From the NCBI GenBank assembly GCA_964057225.1, contig OZ059899.1:19840001-19904000 (forward strand): 64,000 nt of DNA, written 5' to 3'. The notes beneath the pieces were generated by a model. It made no database searches and was not told the origin of the DNA. It saw only the letters and a program-made list of their open reading frames with translations. The position numbers and the translations under genes are program-made. Positions within the stretch are counted from its first letter, which is position 1, and each line of letters begins with the position of its first letter. The stretch comes from Auanema rhodensis. Taxonomy: Eukaryota > Animalia > Nematoda. Positions 30,001-45,000 of the stretch are shown here, piece by piece.

Positions 30001-33000
30001 ATAAGTGTGAACTTATATCAGTTGATATCTCGGTGCATTTTTAAGCTAGCGCAAATCTGATAACACAGATCGACGCAGCTTAAAAATCCGCATCGAATAC
30101 ACTATACTGCATTGAGAAACGCTTAATACAAAAATTAGTTATGATCGTTTGAAAAATGATGCATTAGTGTATGTTGAGTTTCCATGTACACTCAACATTG
30201 CTTCCAAAAACATTTTGACAAAAATTTTTCCGAAAAATTTTGAAATAATTTCGCAAAAAGTAGGTGTTTTTAGATTCCTTTTTTCAAGGCAAAGACGATG
30301 GACAATGTTATTCATCGAAAAAATTAATTCTGCAGGGTGAAAATCGAGGATATAAGTGTGAACTTATATCAGTTGATATCTCGGTGCATTTTTAAGCTAG
30401 CGCAAATCTGATAACACAGATCGACGCAGCTTAAAAATCCGCATCGAATGCACTATACTGCATTGAGAAACGCTTAATACAAAAATTAGTTATGATCGTT
30501 TGAAAAATGATGCATTAGTGTATGTTGAGTTTCCATGTACACTCAACATTGCTTCCAAAAACATTTTGACAAAAATTTTTCCGAAAAATTTTGAAATAAT
30601 TTCGCAAAAAGTAGGTGTTTTTAGATTCCTTTTTTCAAGGCAAAGACGATGGACAATGTTATTCATCGAAAAAATTAATTCTGCAGGGTGAAAATCGAGG
30701 ATATAAGTGTGAACTTATATCAGTTGATATCTCGGTGCATTTTTAAGCTAGCGCAAATCTGATAACACAGATCGACGCAGCTTAAAAATCCGCATCGAAT
30801 GCACTATACTCCATTGAGAAACGCTTAATACAAAAGTTAGTTATGATCGTTTGAAAAATGATGCATTAGTGTATGTTGAGTTTCCATGTACACTCAACAT
30901 AGCTTCCAAAAACATTTTGACAAAAATTTTTCCGAAAAATTTCGAAATAAATTCGCAAAAAGTAGATGTTTTTAGATTCCTTTTTTCAAGGCAAAGACGA
31001 TGGACAATGTTATTCAACGAAAAAATTAATTCTGCAGGGTGAAAATCGAGGATATAAGTGTGAACGTATATCAGTTGATATCTCGGTGCATTTTTAAGCT
31101 AGCGCAAATCTGATAACACAGATCGACGCAGCTTAAAAATCCGCATCGAATGCACTATATTACATTGAGAAACGCTTGATACAAAAATTAGTTATGATCG
31201 TTTGAAAAAAGATGCATTAGTGTATGTTGAGTTTCCATGTACACTCAACATTGCTTCCAAAAACATTTTGACAAAAATTTTTCCAAAAAATTTCAAAATA
31301 ATTTCGCAAAAAGTAAATGTTTTTAGATTCCTTTTTTCAAGGCAAAGACGATGGACAATGTTATTCAACGAAAAAATTAATTCTGCAGGGTGAAAATCGA
31401 GGATATAAGTGTGAACTTATATCAGTTGATATCTCGGTGCATTTTTAAGCTAGCGCAAATCTGATAACACAGATCGACGCAGCTTAAAAATCCGCATCGA
31501 ATGCACTATACTACATTGAGAAACGCTTAATACAAAAATTAGTTATGATCGTTTGAAAAATGATGCATTAGTGTATGTTGAGTTTCCATGTACACTCAAC
31601 ATTGCTTCCAAAAACATTTTGACAAAAATGTTTCCGAAAAATTTCAAAATAATTTCGCGAAAAGTAGATGTTTTTAGATTCCTTTTTTCAAGGCAAAGAC
31701 GATAGACAATGTTATTCAACGAAAAAATTATTTCTGCAGGGTGAAAATCGAGGATATAAGTGTGAACTTATATCAGTTGATATCTCGGTGCATTTTTAAG
31801 CTAGCGCAAATCTGATAACACAGATCGACGCAGCTTAAAAATCCGCATCGAATGCACTATACATCATTGAGAAACGTTTAATACAAAAATTAGTTATGAT
31901 CGTTTGAAAAATGATGCATTAGTGTATATTGAGTTTCCATGTACACTCAACATAGCTTCCAAAAACATTTTGACAAAAATTTTTCCGAAAAATTTCGAAA
32001 TAAATTCGCAAAAAGTAGATGGTTTTAGATTCCTTTTTCCAAGGCAAAGACGATGGACAATGTTATTCAACGAAAAAATTAATTCTGCAGGGTGAAAATC
32101 GAGGATATAAGTGTGAACTTATATCAGTTGATATCTCGGTGCATTTTTAAGCTAGCGCAAATCTGATAACACAGATCGACGCAGCTTAAAAATCCGCATC
32201 GAATACACTATACTGCATTGAGAAACGCTTAATACAAAAATTAGTTATGATCGTTTGAAAAATGATGCATTAGTGTATGTTGAGTTTCCATGTACACTCA
32301 ACATTGCTTCCAAAAACATTTTGACAAAAATTTTTCCGAAAAATTTTGAAATAATTTCGCAAAAAGTAGGTGTTTTTAGATTCCTTTTTTCAAGGCAAAG
32401 ACGATGGACAATGTTATTCATCGAAAAAATTAATTCTGCAGGGTGAAAATCGAGGATATAAGTGTGAACTTATATCAGTTGATATCTCGGTGCATTTTTA
32501 AGCTAGCGCAAATCTGATAACACAGATCGACGCAGCTTAAAAATCCGCATCGAATGCACTATACTGCATTGAGAAACGCTTAATACAAAAATTAGTTATG
32601 ATCGTTTGAAAAATGATGCATTAGTGTATGTTGAGTTTCCATGTACACTCAACATTGCTTCCAAAAACATTTTGACAAAAATTTTTCCGAAAAATTTTGA
32701 AATAATTTCGCAAAAAGTAGGTGTTTTTAGATTCCTTTTTTCAAGGCAAAGACGATGGACAATGTTATTCATCGAAAAAATTAATTCTGCAGGGTGAAAA
32801 TCGAGGATATAAGTGTGAACTTATATCAGTTGATATCTCGGTGCATTTTTAAGCTAGCGCAAATCTGATAACACAGATCGACGCAGCTTAAAAATCCGCA
32901 TCGAATGCACTATACTCCATTGAGAAACGCTTAATACAAAAGTTAGTTATGATCGTTTGAAAAATGATGCATTAGTGTATGTTGAGTTTCCATGTACACT

Positions 33001-36000
33001 CAACATAGCTTCCAAAAACATTTTGACAAAAATTTTTCCGAAAAATTTCGAAATAAATTCGCAAAAAGTAGATGTTTTTAGATTCCTTTTTTCAAGGCAA
33101 AGACGATGGACAATGTTATTCAACGAAAAAATTAATTCTGCAGGGTGAAAATCGAGGATATAAGTGTGAACTTATATCAGTTGATATCTCGGTGCATTTT
33201 TAAGCTAGCGCAAATCTGATAACACAGATCGACGCAGCTTAAAAATCCGCATCGAATGCACTATATTACATTGAGAAACGCTTGATACAAAAATTAGTTA
33301 TGATCGTTTGAAAAAAGATGCATTAGTGTATGTTGAGTTTCCATGTACACTCAACATTGCTTCCAAAAACATTTTGACAAAAATTTTTCCAAAAAATTTC
33401 AAAATAATTTCGCAAAAAGTAAATGTTTTTAGATTCCTTTTTTCAAGGCAAAGACGATGGACAATGTTATTCAACGAAAAAATTAATTCTGCAGGGTGAA
33501 AATCGAGGATATAAGTGTGAACTTATATCAGTTGATATCTCGGTGCATTTTTAAGCTAGCGCAAATCTGATAACACAGATCGACGCAGCTTAAAAATCCA
33601 CATCGAATGCACTATACTACATTGAGAAACGCTTGATACAAAAATTAGTTATGATCGTTTGAAAAATGATGCATTAGTGTATGTTGAGTTTCCATGTACA
33701 CTCAACATAGCTTCCAAAAACATTTTGACAAAAATTTTTCCGAAAAATTTCAAAATAATTTCGCGAAAAGTAGATGTTTTTAGATTCCTTTTTTCAAGGC
33801 AAAGACGATGGACAATGTTATTCAACGAAAAAATTATTTCTGCAGGGTGAAAATCGAGGATATAAGTGTGAACTTATATCAGTTGATATCTCGGGGCGTT
33901 TTTAAGCTAGCGCAAATCTGATAACACAGATCGACGCAGCTTAAAAATCCGCATCGAATGCACTATATTACATTGAGAAACGCTTGATACAAAAATTAGT
34001 TATGATCGTTTGAAAAAAGATGCATTAGTGTATGTTGAGTTTCCATGTACACTCAACATTGCTTCCAAAAACATTTTGACAAAAATTTTTCCAAAAAATT
34101 TCAAAATAATTTCGCAAAAAGTAAATGTTTTTAGATTCCTTTTTTCAAGGCAAAGACGATGGACAATGTTATTCAACGAAAAAATTAATTCTGCAGGGTG
34201 AAAATCGAGGATATAAGTGTGAACTTATATCAGTTGATATCTCGGTGCATTTTTAAGCTAGCGCAAATCTAATAACACAGATCGACGCAGCTTAAAAATC
34301 CACATCGAATGCACTATACTACATTGAGAAACGCTTGATACAAAAATTAGTTATGATCGTTTGAAAAATGATGCATTAGTGTATGTTGAGTTTCCATGTA
34401 CACTCAACATAGCTTCCAAAAACATTTTGACAAAAATTTTTCCGAAAAATTTCAAAATAATTTCGCGAAAAGTAGATGTTTTTAGATTCCTTTTTTCAAG
34501 GCAAAGACGATGGACAATGTTATTCAACGAAAAAATTATTTCTGCAGGGTGAAAATCGAGGATATAAGTGTGAACTTATATCAGTTGATATCTCGGGGCG
34601 TTTTTAAGCTAGCGCAAATCTGATAACACAGATCGACGCAGCTTAAAAATCCGCATCGAATGCACTATACATCATTGAGAAACGCTTGATACAAAAATTA
34701 GTTATGATCGTTTGAAAAATGATGCATTAGTGTATGTTGAGTTTCCATGTACACTCAACATAGCTTCCAAAAACATTTTGACAAAAATTTTTCCGAAAAA
34801 TTTCAAAATAAATTCGCAAAAAGTAGATGTTTTTAGATTCCTTTTTTCAAGGCAAAGACGATGGACAATGTTATTCAACGAAAAAATTAATTCTGCAGAG
34901 TGAAAATCGAGGATATAAGTGTGAACTTATATCAGTTGATATCTCGGTGCATTTTTAAGCTAGCGCAAATCTGATAACACAGATCGACGCAGCTTAAAAA
35001 TCCGCATCGAATACACTATACTGCATTGAGAAACGCTTAATACAAAAATTAGTTATGATCGTTTGAAAAATGATGCATTAGTGTATGTTGAGTTTCCATG
35101 TACACTCAACATTGCTTCCAAAAACATTTTGACAAAAATTTTTCCGAAAAATTTTGAAATAATTTCGCAAAAAGTAGGTGTTTTTAGATTGCTTTTTTCA
35201 AGGCAAAGACGATGGACAATGTTATTCATCGAAAAAATTAATTCTGCAGGGTGAAAATCGAGGATATAAGTGTGAACTTATATCAGTTGATATCTCGGTG
35301 CATTTTTAAGCTAGCGCAAATCTGATAACACAGATCGACGCAGCTTAAAAATCCGCATCGAATGCACTATACATCATTGAGAAACGTTTAATACAAAAAT
35401 TAGTTATGATCGTTTGAAAAATGATGCATTAGTGTATATTGAGTTTCCATGTACACTCAACATTGCTTCCAAAAACATTTTGACAAAAATGTTTCCGAAA
35501 AATTTCAAAATAATTTCGCGAAAAGTAGATGTTTTTAGATTCCTTTTTTCAAGGCAAAGACGATGGACAATGTTATTCAACGAAAAAATTATTTCTGCAG
35601 GGTGAAAATCGAGGATATAAGTGTGAACTTATATCAGTTGATATCTCGGTGCATTTTTAAGCTAGCGCAAATCTGATAACACAGATCGACGCAGCTTAAA
35701 AATCCGCATCGAATGCACTATACATCATTGAGAAACGTTTAATACAAAAATTAGTTATGATCGTTTGAAAAATGATGCATTAGTGTATATTGAGTTTCCA
35801 TGTACACTCAACATAGCTTCCAAAAACATTTTGACAAAAATTTTTCCGAAAAATTTCGAAATAAATTCGCAAAAAGTAGATGTTTTTAGATTCCTTTTTT
35901 CAAGGCAAAGACGATGGACAATGTTATTCAACGAAAAAATTAATTCTGCAGGGTGAAAATCGAGGATATAAGTGTGAACTTATATCAGTTGATATCTCGG

Positions 36001-39000
36001 TGCATTTTTAAGCTAGCGCAAATCTGATAACACAGATCGACGCAGCTTAAAAATCCGCATCGAATACACTATACTGCATTGAGAAACGCTTAATACAAAA
36101 ATTAGTTATGATCGTTTGAAAAATGATGCATTAGTGTATGTTGAGTTTCCATGTACACTCAACATTGCTTCCAAAAACATTTTGACAAAAATTTTTCCGA
36201 AAAATTTTGAAATAATTTCGCAAAAAGTAGGTGTTTTTAGATTCCTTTTTTCAAGGCAAAGACGATGGACAATGTTATTCATCGAAAAAATTAATTCTGC
36301 AGGGTGAAAATCGAGGATATAAGTGTGAACTTATATCAGTTGATATCTCGGTGCATTTTTAAGCTAGCGCAAATCTGATAACACAGATCGACGCAGCTTA
36401 AAAATCCGCATCGAATGCACTATACATCATTGAGAAACGTTTAATACAAAAATTAGTTATGATCGTTTGAAAAATGATGCATTAGTGTATATTGAGTTTC
36501 CATGTACACTCAACATTGCTTCCAAAAACATTTTGACAAAAATGTTTCCGAAAAATTTCAAAATAATTTCGCGAAAAGTAGATGTTTTTAGATTCCTTTT
36601 TTCAAGGCAAAGACGATGGACAATGTTATTCAACGAAAAAATTATTTCTGCAGGGTGAAAATCGAGGATATAAGTGTGAACTTATATCAGTTGATATCTC
36701 GGTGCATTTTTAAGCTAGCGCAAATCTGATAACACAGATCGACGCAGCTTAAAAATCCGCATCGAATGCACTATACATCATTGAGAAACGTTTAATACAA
36801 AAATTAGTTATGATCGTTTGAAAAATGATGCATTAGTGTATATTGAGTTTCCATGTACACTCAACATAGCTTCCAAAAACATTTTGACAAAAATTTTTCC
36901 GAAAAATTTCGAAATAAATTCGCAAAAAGTAGATGTTTTTAGATTCCTTTTTTCAAGGCAAAGACGATGGACAATGTTATTCAACGAAAAAATTAATTCT
37001 GCAGGGTGAAAATCGAGGATATAAGTGTGAACTTATATCAGTTGATATCTCGGTGCATTTTTAAGCTAGCGCAAATCTGATAACACAGATCGACGCAGCT
37101 TAAAAATCCGCATCGAATACACTATACTGCATTGAGAAACGCTTAATACAAAAATTAGTTATGATCGTTTGAAAAATGATGCATTAGTGTATGTTGAGTT
37201 TCCATGTACACTCAACATTGCTTCCAAAAACATTTTGACAAAAATTTTTCCGAAAAATTTTGAAATAATTTCGCAAAAAGTAGGTGTTTTTAGATTCCTT
37301 TTTTCAAGGCAAAGACGATGGACAATGTTATTCATCGAAAAAATTAATTCTGCAGGGTGAAAATCGAGGATATAAGTGTGAACTTATATCAGTTGATATC
37401 TCGGTGCATTTTTAAGCTAGCGCAAATCTGATAACACAGATCGACGCAGCTTAAAAATCCGCATCGAATACACTATACTGCATTGAGAAACGCTTAATAC
37501 AAAAATTAGTTATGATCGTTTGAAAAATGATGCATTAGTGTATGTTGAGTTTCCATGTACACTCAACATTGCTTCCAAAAACATTTTGACAAAAATTTTT
37601 CCGAAAAATTTTGAAATAATTTCGCAAAAAGTAGGTGTTTTTAGATTCCTTTTTTCAAGGCAAAGACGATGGACAATGTTATTCATCGAAAAAATTAATT
37701 CTGCAGGGTTAAAATCGAGGATATAAGTGTGAACTTATATCAGTTGATATCTCGGTGCATTTTTAAGCTAGCGCAAATCTGATAACACAGATCGACGCAG
37801 CTTAAAAATCCGCATCGAATGCACTATACTGCATTGAGAAACGCTTAATACAAAAGTTAGTTATGATCGTTTGAAAAATGATGCATTAGTGTATGTTGAG
37901 TTTCCATGTACACTCAACATTGCTTCCAAAAACATTTTGACAAAAATTTTTCCAAAAAATTTCGCGAAAAGAAGATGTTTTTAGATTCCGTTTTTCAAGG
38001 CAAAGACGATGGACAATGTTATTCAACGAAAAAATTATTTCTGCAGGGTGAAAATCGAGGATATAAGTGTGAACTTATATCAGTTGATATCTCGGTGCAT
38101 TTTTAAGCTAGCGCAAATCTGATAACACAGATCGACGCAGCTTAAAAATCCGCATCGAATGCACTATACTTCATTGAGAAACGCTTGATACAAAAATTAG
38201 TTATGATCGTTTGAAAAAAGATGCATTAGTGTATGTTGAGTTTCCATGTACACTCAACATTGCTTCCAAAAACATTTTGACAAAAATTTTTACGAAAAAT
38301 TTCAAAATAATTTCGCAAAAAGTAGATGTTTTTAGATTCCTTTTTTCACGGCAAAGACGATGGACAAAGTTATTCAACGAAAAAATTAATTCTGCAGGGT
38401 GAAAATCGAGGATATAAGTGTGAACTTATATCAGTTGATATCTCGGTGCATTTTTAAGCTAGCGCAAATCTGATAACACAGATCGACGCAGCTTAAAAAT
38501 CCGCATCGAATGCACTATACTACATTGAGAAACGCTTGATACAAAAATTAGGTATGATCGTTTGAAAAATGATGCATTAGTGTATGTTGAGTTTCCATGT
38601 ACACTCAACATTGCTTCCAAAAACATTTTGACAAAAATTTTTCCAAAAAATTTCGAAACAATTTCGCGAAAAGAAGATGTTTTTAGATTCCGTTTTTCAA
38701 GGCAAAGACGATGGACAATGTTATTCAACGAAAAAATTATTTCTGCAGGGTGAAAATCGAGGATATAAGTGTGAACTTATATCAGTTGATATCTCGGTGC
38801 ATTTTTAAGCTAGCGCAAATCTGATAACACAGATCGACGCAGCTTAAAAATCCGCATCGAATGCACTATACTACATTGAGAAACGCTTGATACAAAAATT
38901 AGTTATGATCGTTTGAAAAAAGATGCATTAGTGTATGTTGAGTTTCCATGTACACTCAACATTGCTTCCAAAAACATTTTGACAAAAATTTTTCCAAAAA

Positions 39001-42000
39001 ATTTCAAAATAATTTCGCAAAAAGTAAATGTTTTTAGATTCCTTTCTCCAAGGCAAAGACGATGGACAATGTTATTCAGCGAAAAAATTAATTCTGCAGG
39101 GTGAAAATCGAGGATATAAGTGTGAACTTATATCAGTTGATATCTCGGTGCATTTTTAAGCTAGCGCAAATCTGATAACACAGATCGACGCAGCTTAAAA
39201 ATCCGCATCGAATGCACTATACTACATTGAGAAACGCTTAATACAAAACTTAGTTATGATCGTTTGAAAAAAGATGCATTAGTGTATGTTGAGTTTCCAT
39301 GTACACTCAACATTGCTTCCAAAAACATTTTTACAAAAATTTTTCCGAAAAATTTCGAAATAATTTCGCAAAAAGTAGATGTTTTTAGATTCCTTTTTTC
39401 ACGGCAAAGACGATGGACAAAGTTATTCAACGAAAAAATTAATTCTGCAGGGTGAAAATCGAGGATATAAGTGTGAACTTATATCAGTTGATATCTCGGT
39501 GCATTTTTAAGCTAGCGCAAATCTGATAACACAGATCGACGCAGCCTAAAAATCCGCATCGAATGCACTATACTACATTAAAAAACGCTTAATACAAAAA
39601 TTAGTTATGATCGTTTGAAAAAAGATGCATTAGTGTATGTTGAGTTTCCATGTACACTCAACATTGCTTCCAAAAACATTTTGACAAAAATTTTTACGAA
39701 AAATTTCAAAATAATTTCGCAAAAAGTAGATGTTTTTAGATTCCTTCTTTCAAGGCAAAGACGATGGACAATGTTATTCAACGAAAAAATTAATTCTGCA
39801 GGGTGAAAATCGAGGATATAAGTGTGAACTTATATCAGTTGATATCTCGGTGCATTTTTAAGCTAGCGCAAATCTGATAACACAGATCGACGCAGCTTAA
39901 AAATCCGCATCGAATGCACTATACTACATTGAGAAACGCTTAATACAAAAATTAGTTATGATCGTTTGAAAAAAGATGCATTAGTGTATGTTGAGTTTCC
40001 ATGTACACTCAACATTGCTTCCAAAAACATTTTGACAAAAATTTTTACGAAAAATTTCAAAATAATTTCGCAAAAAGTAGATGTTTTTAGATTTCTTTTT
40101 TCACGGCAAAGACGATGGACAAAGTTATTCAACGAAAAAATTAATTCTGCAGGGTGAAAATCGAGGATATAAGTGTGAACTTATATCAGTTGATATCTCG
40201 GTGCATTTTTAAGCTAGCGCAAATCTGATAACACAGATCGACGCAGCTTAAAAATCCGCATCGAATGCACTATACTACATTGAGAAACGCTTAATACAAA
40301 ACTTAGTTATGATCGTTTGAAAAAAGATGCATTAGTGTATGTTGAGTTTCCATGTACACTCAACATTGCTTCCAAAAACATTTTTACAAAAATTTTTCCG
40401 AAAAATTTCGAAATAATTTCGCAAAAAGTAGATGTTTTTAGATTCCTTTTTTCAAGGCAAAGACGATGGACATTGTTATTCAACGAAAAAATTGATTCTG
40501 CAGGGTGAAAATCGAGGATATAAGTGTGAACTTATATCAGTTGATATCTCGGTGCATTTTTAAGCTAGCGCAAATCTGATAACACAGATCGACGCAGCTT
40601 AAAAATCCGCATCGAATGCACTATACAACATTGAGAAACGCTTAATACAAAAATTAGTTATGATCGTTTGAAAAATGATGCATTAGTGTATGTTGAGTTT
40701 CCATGTACACTCAACATTGCTTCCAAAAACATTTTTACAAAAATTTTTCCGAAAAATTTCGAAATAATTTCGCAAAAAGTAGATGTTTTTAGATTTCTTT
40801 TTTCAAGGCAAAGACGATGGACATTGTTATTCAACGAAGAAATTGATTCTGCAGGGTGAAAATCGAGGATATAAGTGTGAACTTATATCAGTTGATATCT
40901 CGGTGCATTTTTAAGCTAGCGCAAATCTGATAACACAGATCGACGCAGCTTAAAAATTCGCATCGAATGCACTATACTGCATTGAGAAACGCTTAATACA
41001 AAAGTTAGTTATGATCGTTTGAAAAAAGATGCATTAGTGTATGTTGAGTTTCCATGTACACTCAACATTGCTTCCAAAAACATTTTTACAAAAATTTTTC
41101 CGAAAAATTTCGAAATAATTTCGCAAAAAGTAGATGTTTTTAGATTTCTTTTTTCAAGGCAAAGACGATGGACATTGTTATTCAACGAAGAAATTGATTC
41201 TGCAGGGTGAAAATCGAGGATATAAGTGTGAACTTATATCAGTTGATATCTCGGTGCATTTTTAAGCTAGCGCAAATCTGATAACACAGATCGACGCAGC
41301 TTAAAAATTCGCATCGAATGCACTATACTGCATTGAGAAACGCTTAATACAAAAGTTAGTTATGATCGTTTGAAAAAAGATGCATTAGTGTATGTTGAGT
41401 TTCCATGTACACTCAACATTGCTTCCAAAAACATTTTTACAAAAATTTTTCCGAAAAATTTCGAAATAATTTCGCAAAAAGTAGATGTTTTTAGATTCCT
41501 TTTTTCAAGGCAAAGACGATGGACATTGTTATTCAACGAAAAAATTGATTCTGCAGGGTGAAAATCGAGGATATAAGTGTGAACTTATATCAGTTGATAT
41601 CTCGGTGCATTTTTAAGCTAGCGCAAATCTGATAACACAGATCGACGCAGCTTAAAAATCCGCATCGAATGCACTATACTACATTGAGAAACGCTTAATA
41701 CAAAACTTAGTTATGATCGTTTGAAAAAAGATGCATTAGTGTATGTTGAGTTTCCATGTACACTCAACATTGCTTCCAAAAACATTTTGACAAAAATTTT
41801 TCCGAAAAATTTCGAAATAATTTCGCAAAAAGTAGATGTTTTTAGATTCCTTTTTTCAAGGCAAAGACGATGGACATTGTTATTCAACGAAAAAATTGAT
41901 TCTGCAGGGTGAAAATCGAGGATATAAGTGTGAACTTATATCAGTTGATATCTCGGTGCATTTTTAAGCTAGCGCAAATCTGATAACACAGATCGACGCA

Positions 42001-45000
42001 GCTTAAAAATTCGCATCGAATGCACTATACTGCATTGAGAAACGCTTAATACAAAAGTTAGTTATGATCGTTTGAAAAAAGATGCATTAGTGTATGTTGA
42101 GTTTCCATGTACACTCAACATTGCTTCCAAAAACATTTTTACAAAAATTTTTCCGAAAAATTTCGAAATAATTTCGCAAAAAGTAGATGTTTTTAGATTC
42201 CTTTTTTCAAGGCAAAGACGATGGACATTGTTATTCAACGAAAAATTTGATTCTGCAGGGTGAAAATCGAGGATATAAGTGTGAACTTATATCAGTTGAT
42301 ATCTCGGTGCATTTTTAAGCTAGCGCAAATCTGATAACACAGATCGACGCAGCTTAAAAATCCGCATCGAATGCACTATACTACATTGAGAAACGCTTAA
42401 TACAAAACTTAGTTATGATCGTTTGAAAAAAGATGCATTAGTGTATGTTGAGTTTCCATGTACACTCAACATTGCTTCCAAAAACATTTTTACAAAAATT
42501 TTTCCGAAAAATTTCGAAATAATTTCGCAAAAAGTAGATGTTTTTAGATTCCTTTTTTCAAGGCAAAGACGATGGACATTGTTATTCAACGAAAAAATTG
42601 ATTCTGCAGGGTGAAAATCGAGGATATAAGTGTGAACTTATATCAGTTGATATCTCGGTGCATTTTTAAGTTAGCGCAAATCTGATAACACAGATCGACG
42701 CAGCTTAAAAATCCGCATCGAATGCACTATACAACATTGAGAAACGCTTAATACAAAAATTAGTTATGATCGTTTGAAAAATGATGCATTAGTGTATGTT
42801 GAGTTTCCATGTACACTCAACATTGCTTCCAAAAACATTTTTACAAAAATTTTTCCGAAAAATTTCGAAATAATTTCGCAAAAAGTAGATGTTTTTAGAT
42901 TCCTTTTTTCAAGGCAAAGACGATGGACATTGTTATTCAACGAAAAAATTGATTCTGCAGGGTGAAAATCGAGGATATAAGTGTGAACTTATATCAGTTG
43001 ATATCTCGGTGCATTTTTAAGCTAGCGCAAATCTGATAACACAGATCGACGCAGCTTAAAAATTCGCATCGAATGCACTATACTGCATTGAGAAACGCTT
43101 AATACAAAAGTTAGTTATGATCGTTTGAAAAAAGATGCATTAGTGTATGTTGAGTTTCCATGTACACTCAACATTGCTTCCAAAAACATTTTTACAAAAA
43201 TTTTTCCGAAAAATTTCGAATTAATTTCGCAAAAAGTAGATGTTTTTAGATTCCTTTTTTCACGGCAAAGACGATGGACAAAGTTATTCAACGAAAAAAT
43301 TAATTCTGCAGGGTGAAAATCGAGGATATAAGTGTGAACTTATATCAGTTGATATCTCGGTGCATTTTTAAGCTAGCGCAAATCTGATAACACAGATCGA
43401 CGCAGCCTAAAAATCCGCATCGAATGCACTATACTACATTAAAAAACGCTTAATACAAAAATTAGTTATGATCGTTTGAAAAAAGATGCATTAGTGTATG
43501 TTGAGTTTCCATGTACACTCAACATTGCTTCCAAAAACATTTTGACAAAAATTTTTACGAAAAATTTCAAAATAATTTCGCAAAAAGTAGATGTTTTTAG
43601 ATTCCTTCTTTCAAGGCAAAGACGATGGACAATGTTATTCAACGAAAAAATTAATTCTGCAGGGTGAAAATCGAGGATATAAGTGTGAACTTATATCAGT
43701 TGATATCTCGGTGCATTTTTAAGCTAGCGCAAATCTGATAACACAGATCGACGCAGCTTAAAAATCCGCATCGAATGCACTATACTACATTGAGAAACGC
43801 TTAATACAAAAATTAGTTATGATCGTTTGAAAAAAGATGCATTAGTGTATGTTGAGTTTCCATGTACACTCAACATTGCTTCCAAAAACATTTTGACAAA
43901 AATTTTTACGAAAAATTTCAAAATAATTTCGCAAAAAGTAGATGTTTTTAGATTTCTTTTTTCACGGCAAAGACGATGGACAAAGTTATTCAACGAAAAA
44001 ATTAATTCTGCAGGGTGAAAATCGAGGATATAAGTGTGAACTTATATCAGTTGATATCTCGGTGCATTTTTAAGCTAGCGCAAATCTGATAACACAGATC
44101 GACGCAGCTTAAAAATCCGCATCGAATGCACTATACTACATTGAGAAACGCTTAATACAAAACTTAGTTATGATCGTTTGAAAAAAGATGCATTAGTGTA
44201 TGTTGAGTTTCCATGTACACTCAACATTGCTTCCAAAAACATTTTTACAAAAATTTTTCCGAAAAATTTCGAAATAATTTCGCAAAAAGTAGATGTTTTT
44301 AGATTCCTTTTTTCAAGGCAAAGACGATGGACATTGTTATTCAACGAAAAAATTGATTCTGCAGGGTGAAAATCGAGGATATAAGTGTGAACTTATATCA
44401 GTTGATATCTCGGTGCATTTTTAAGCTAGCGCAAATCTGATAACACAGATCGACGCAGCTTAAAAATCCGCATCGAATGCACTATACAACATTGAGAAAC
44501 GCTTAATACAAAAATTAGTTATGATCGTTTGAAAAATGATGCATTAGTGTATGTTGAGTTTCCATGTACACTCAACATTGCTTCCAAAAACATTTTTACA
44601 AAAATTTTTCCGAAAAATTTCGAAATAATTTCGCAAAAAGTAGATGTTTTTAGATTTCTTTTTTCAAGGCAAAGACGATGGACATTGTTATTCAACGAAG
44701 AAATTGATTCTGCAGGGTGAAAATCGAGGATATAAGTGTGAACTTATATCAGTTGATATCTCGGTGCATTTTTAAGCTAGCGCAAATCTGATAACACAGA
44801 TCGACGCAGCTTAAAAATTCGCATCGAATGCACTATACTGCATTGAGAAACGCTTAATACAAAAGTTAGTTATGATCGTTTGAAAAAAGATGCATTAGTG
44901 TATGTTGAGTTTCCATGTACACTCAACATTGCTTCCAAAAACATTTTTACAAAAATTTTTCCGAAAAATTTCGAAATAATTTCGCAAAAAGTAGATGTTT

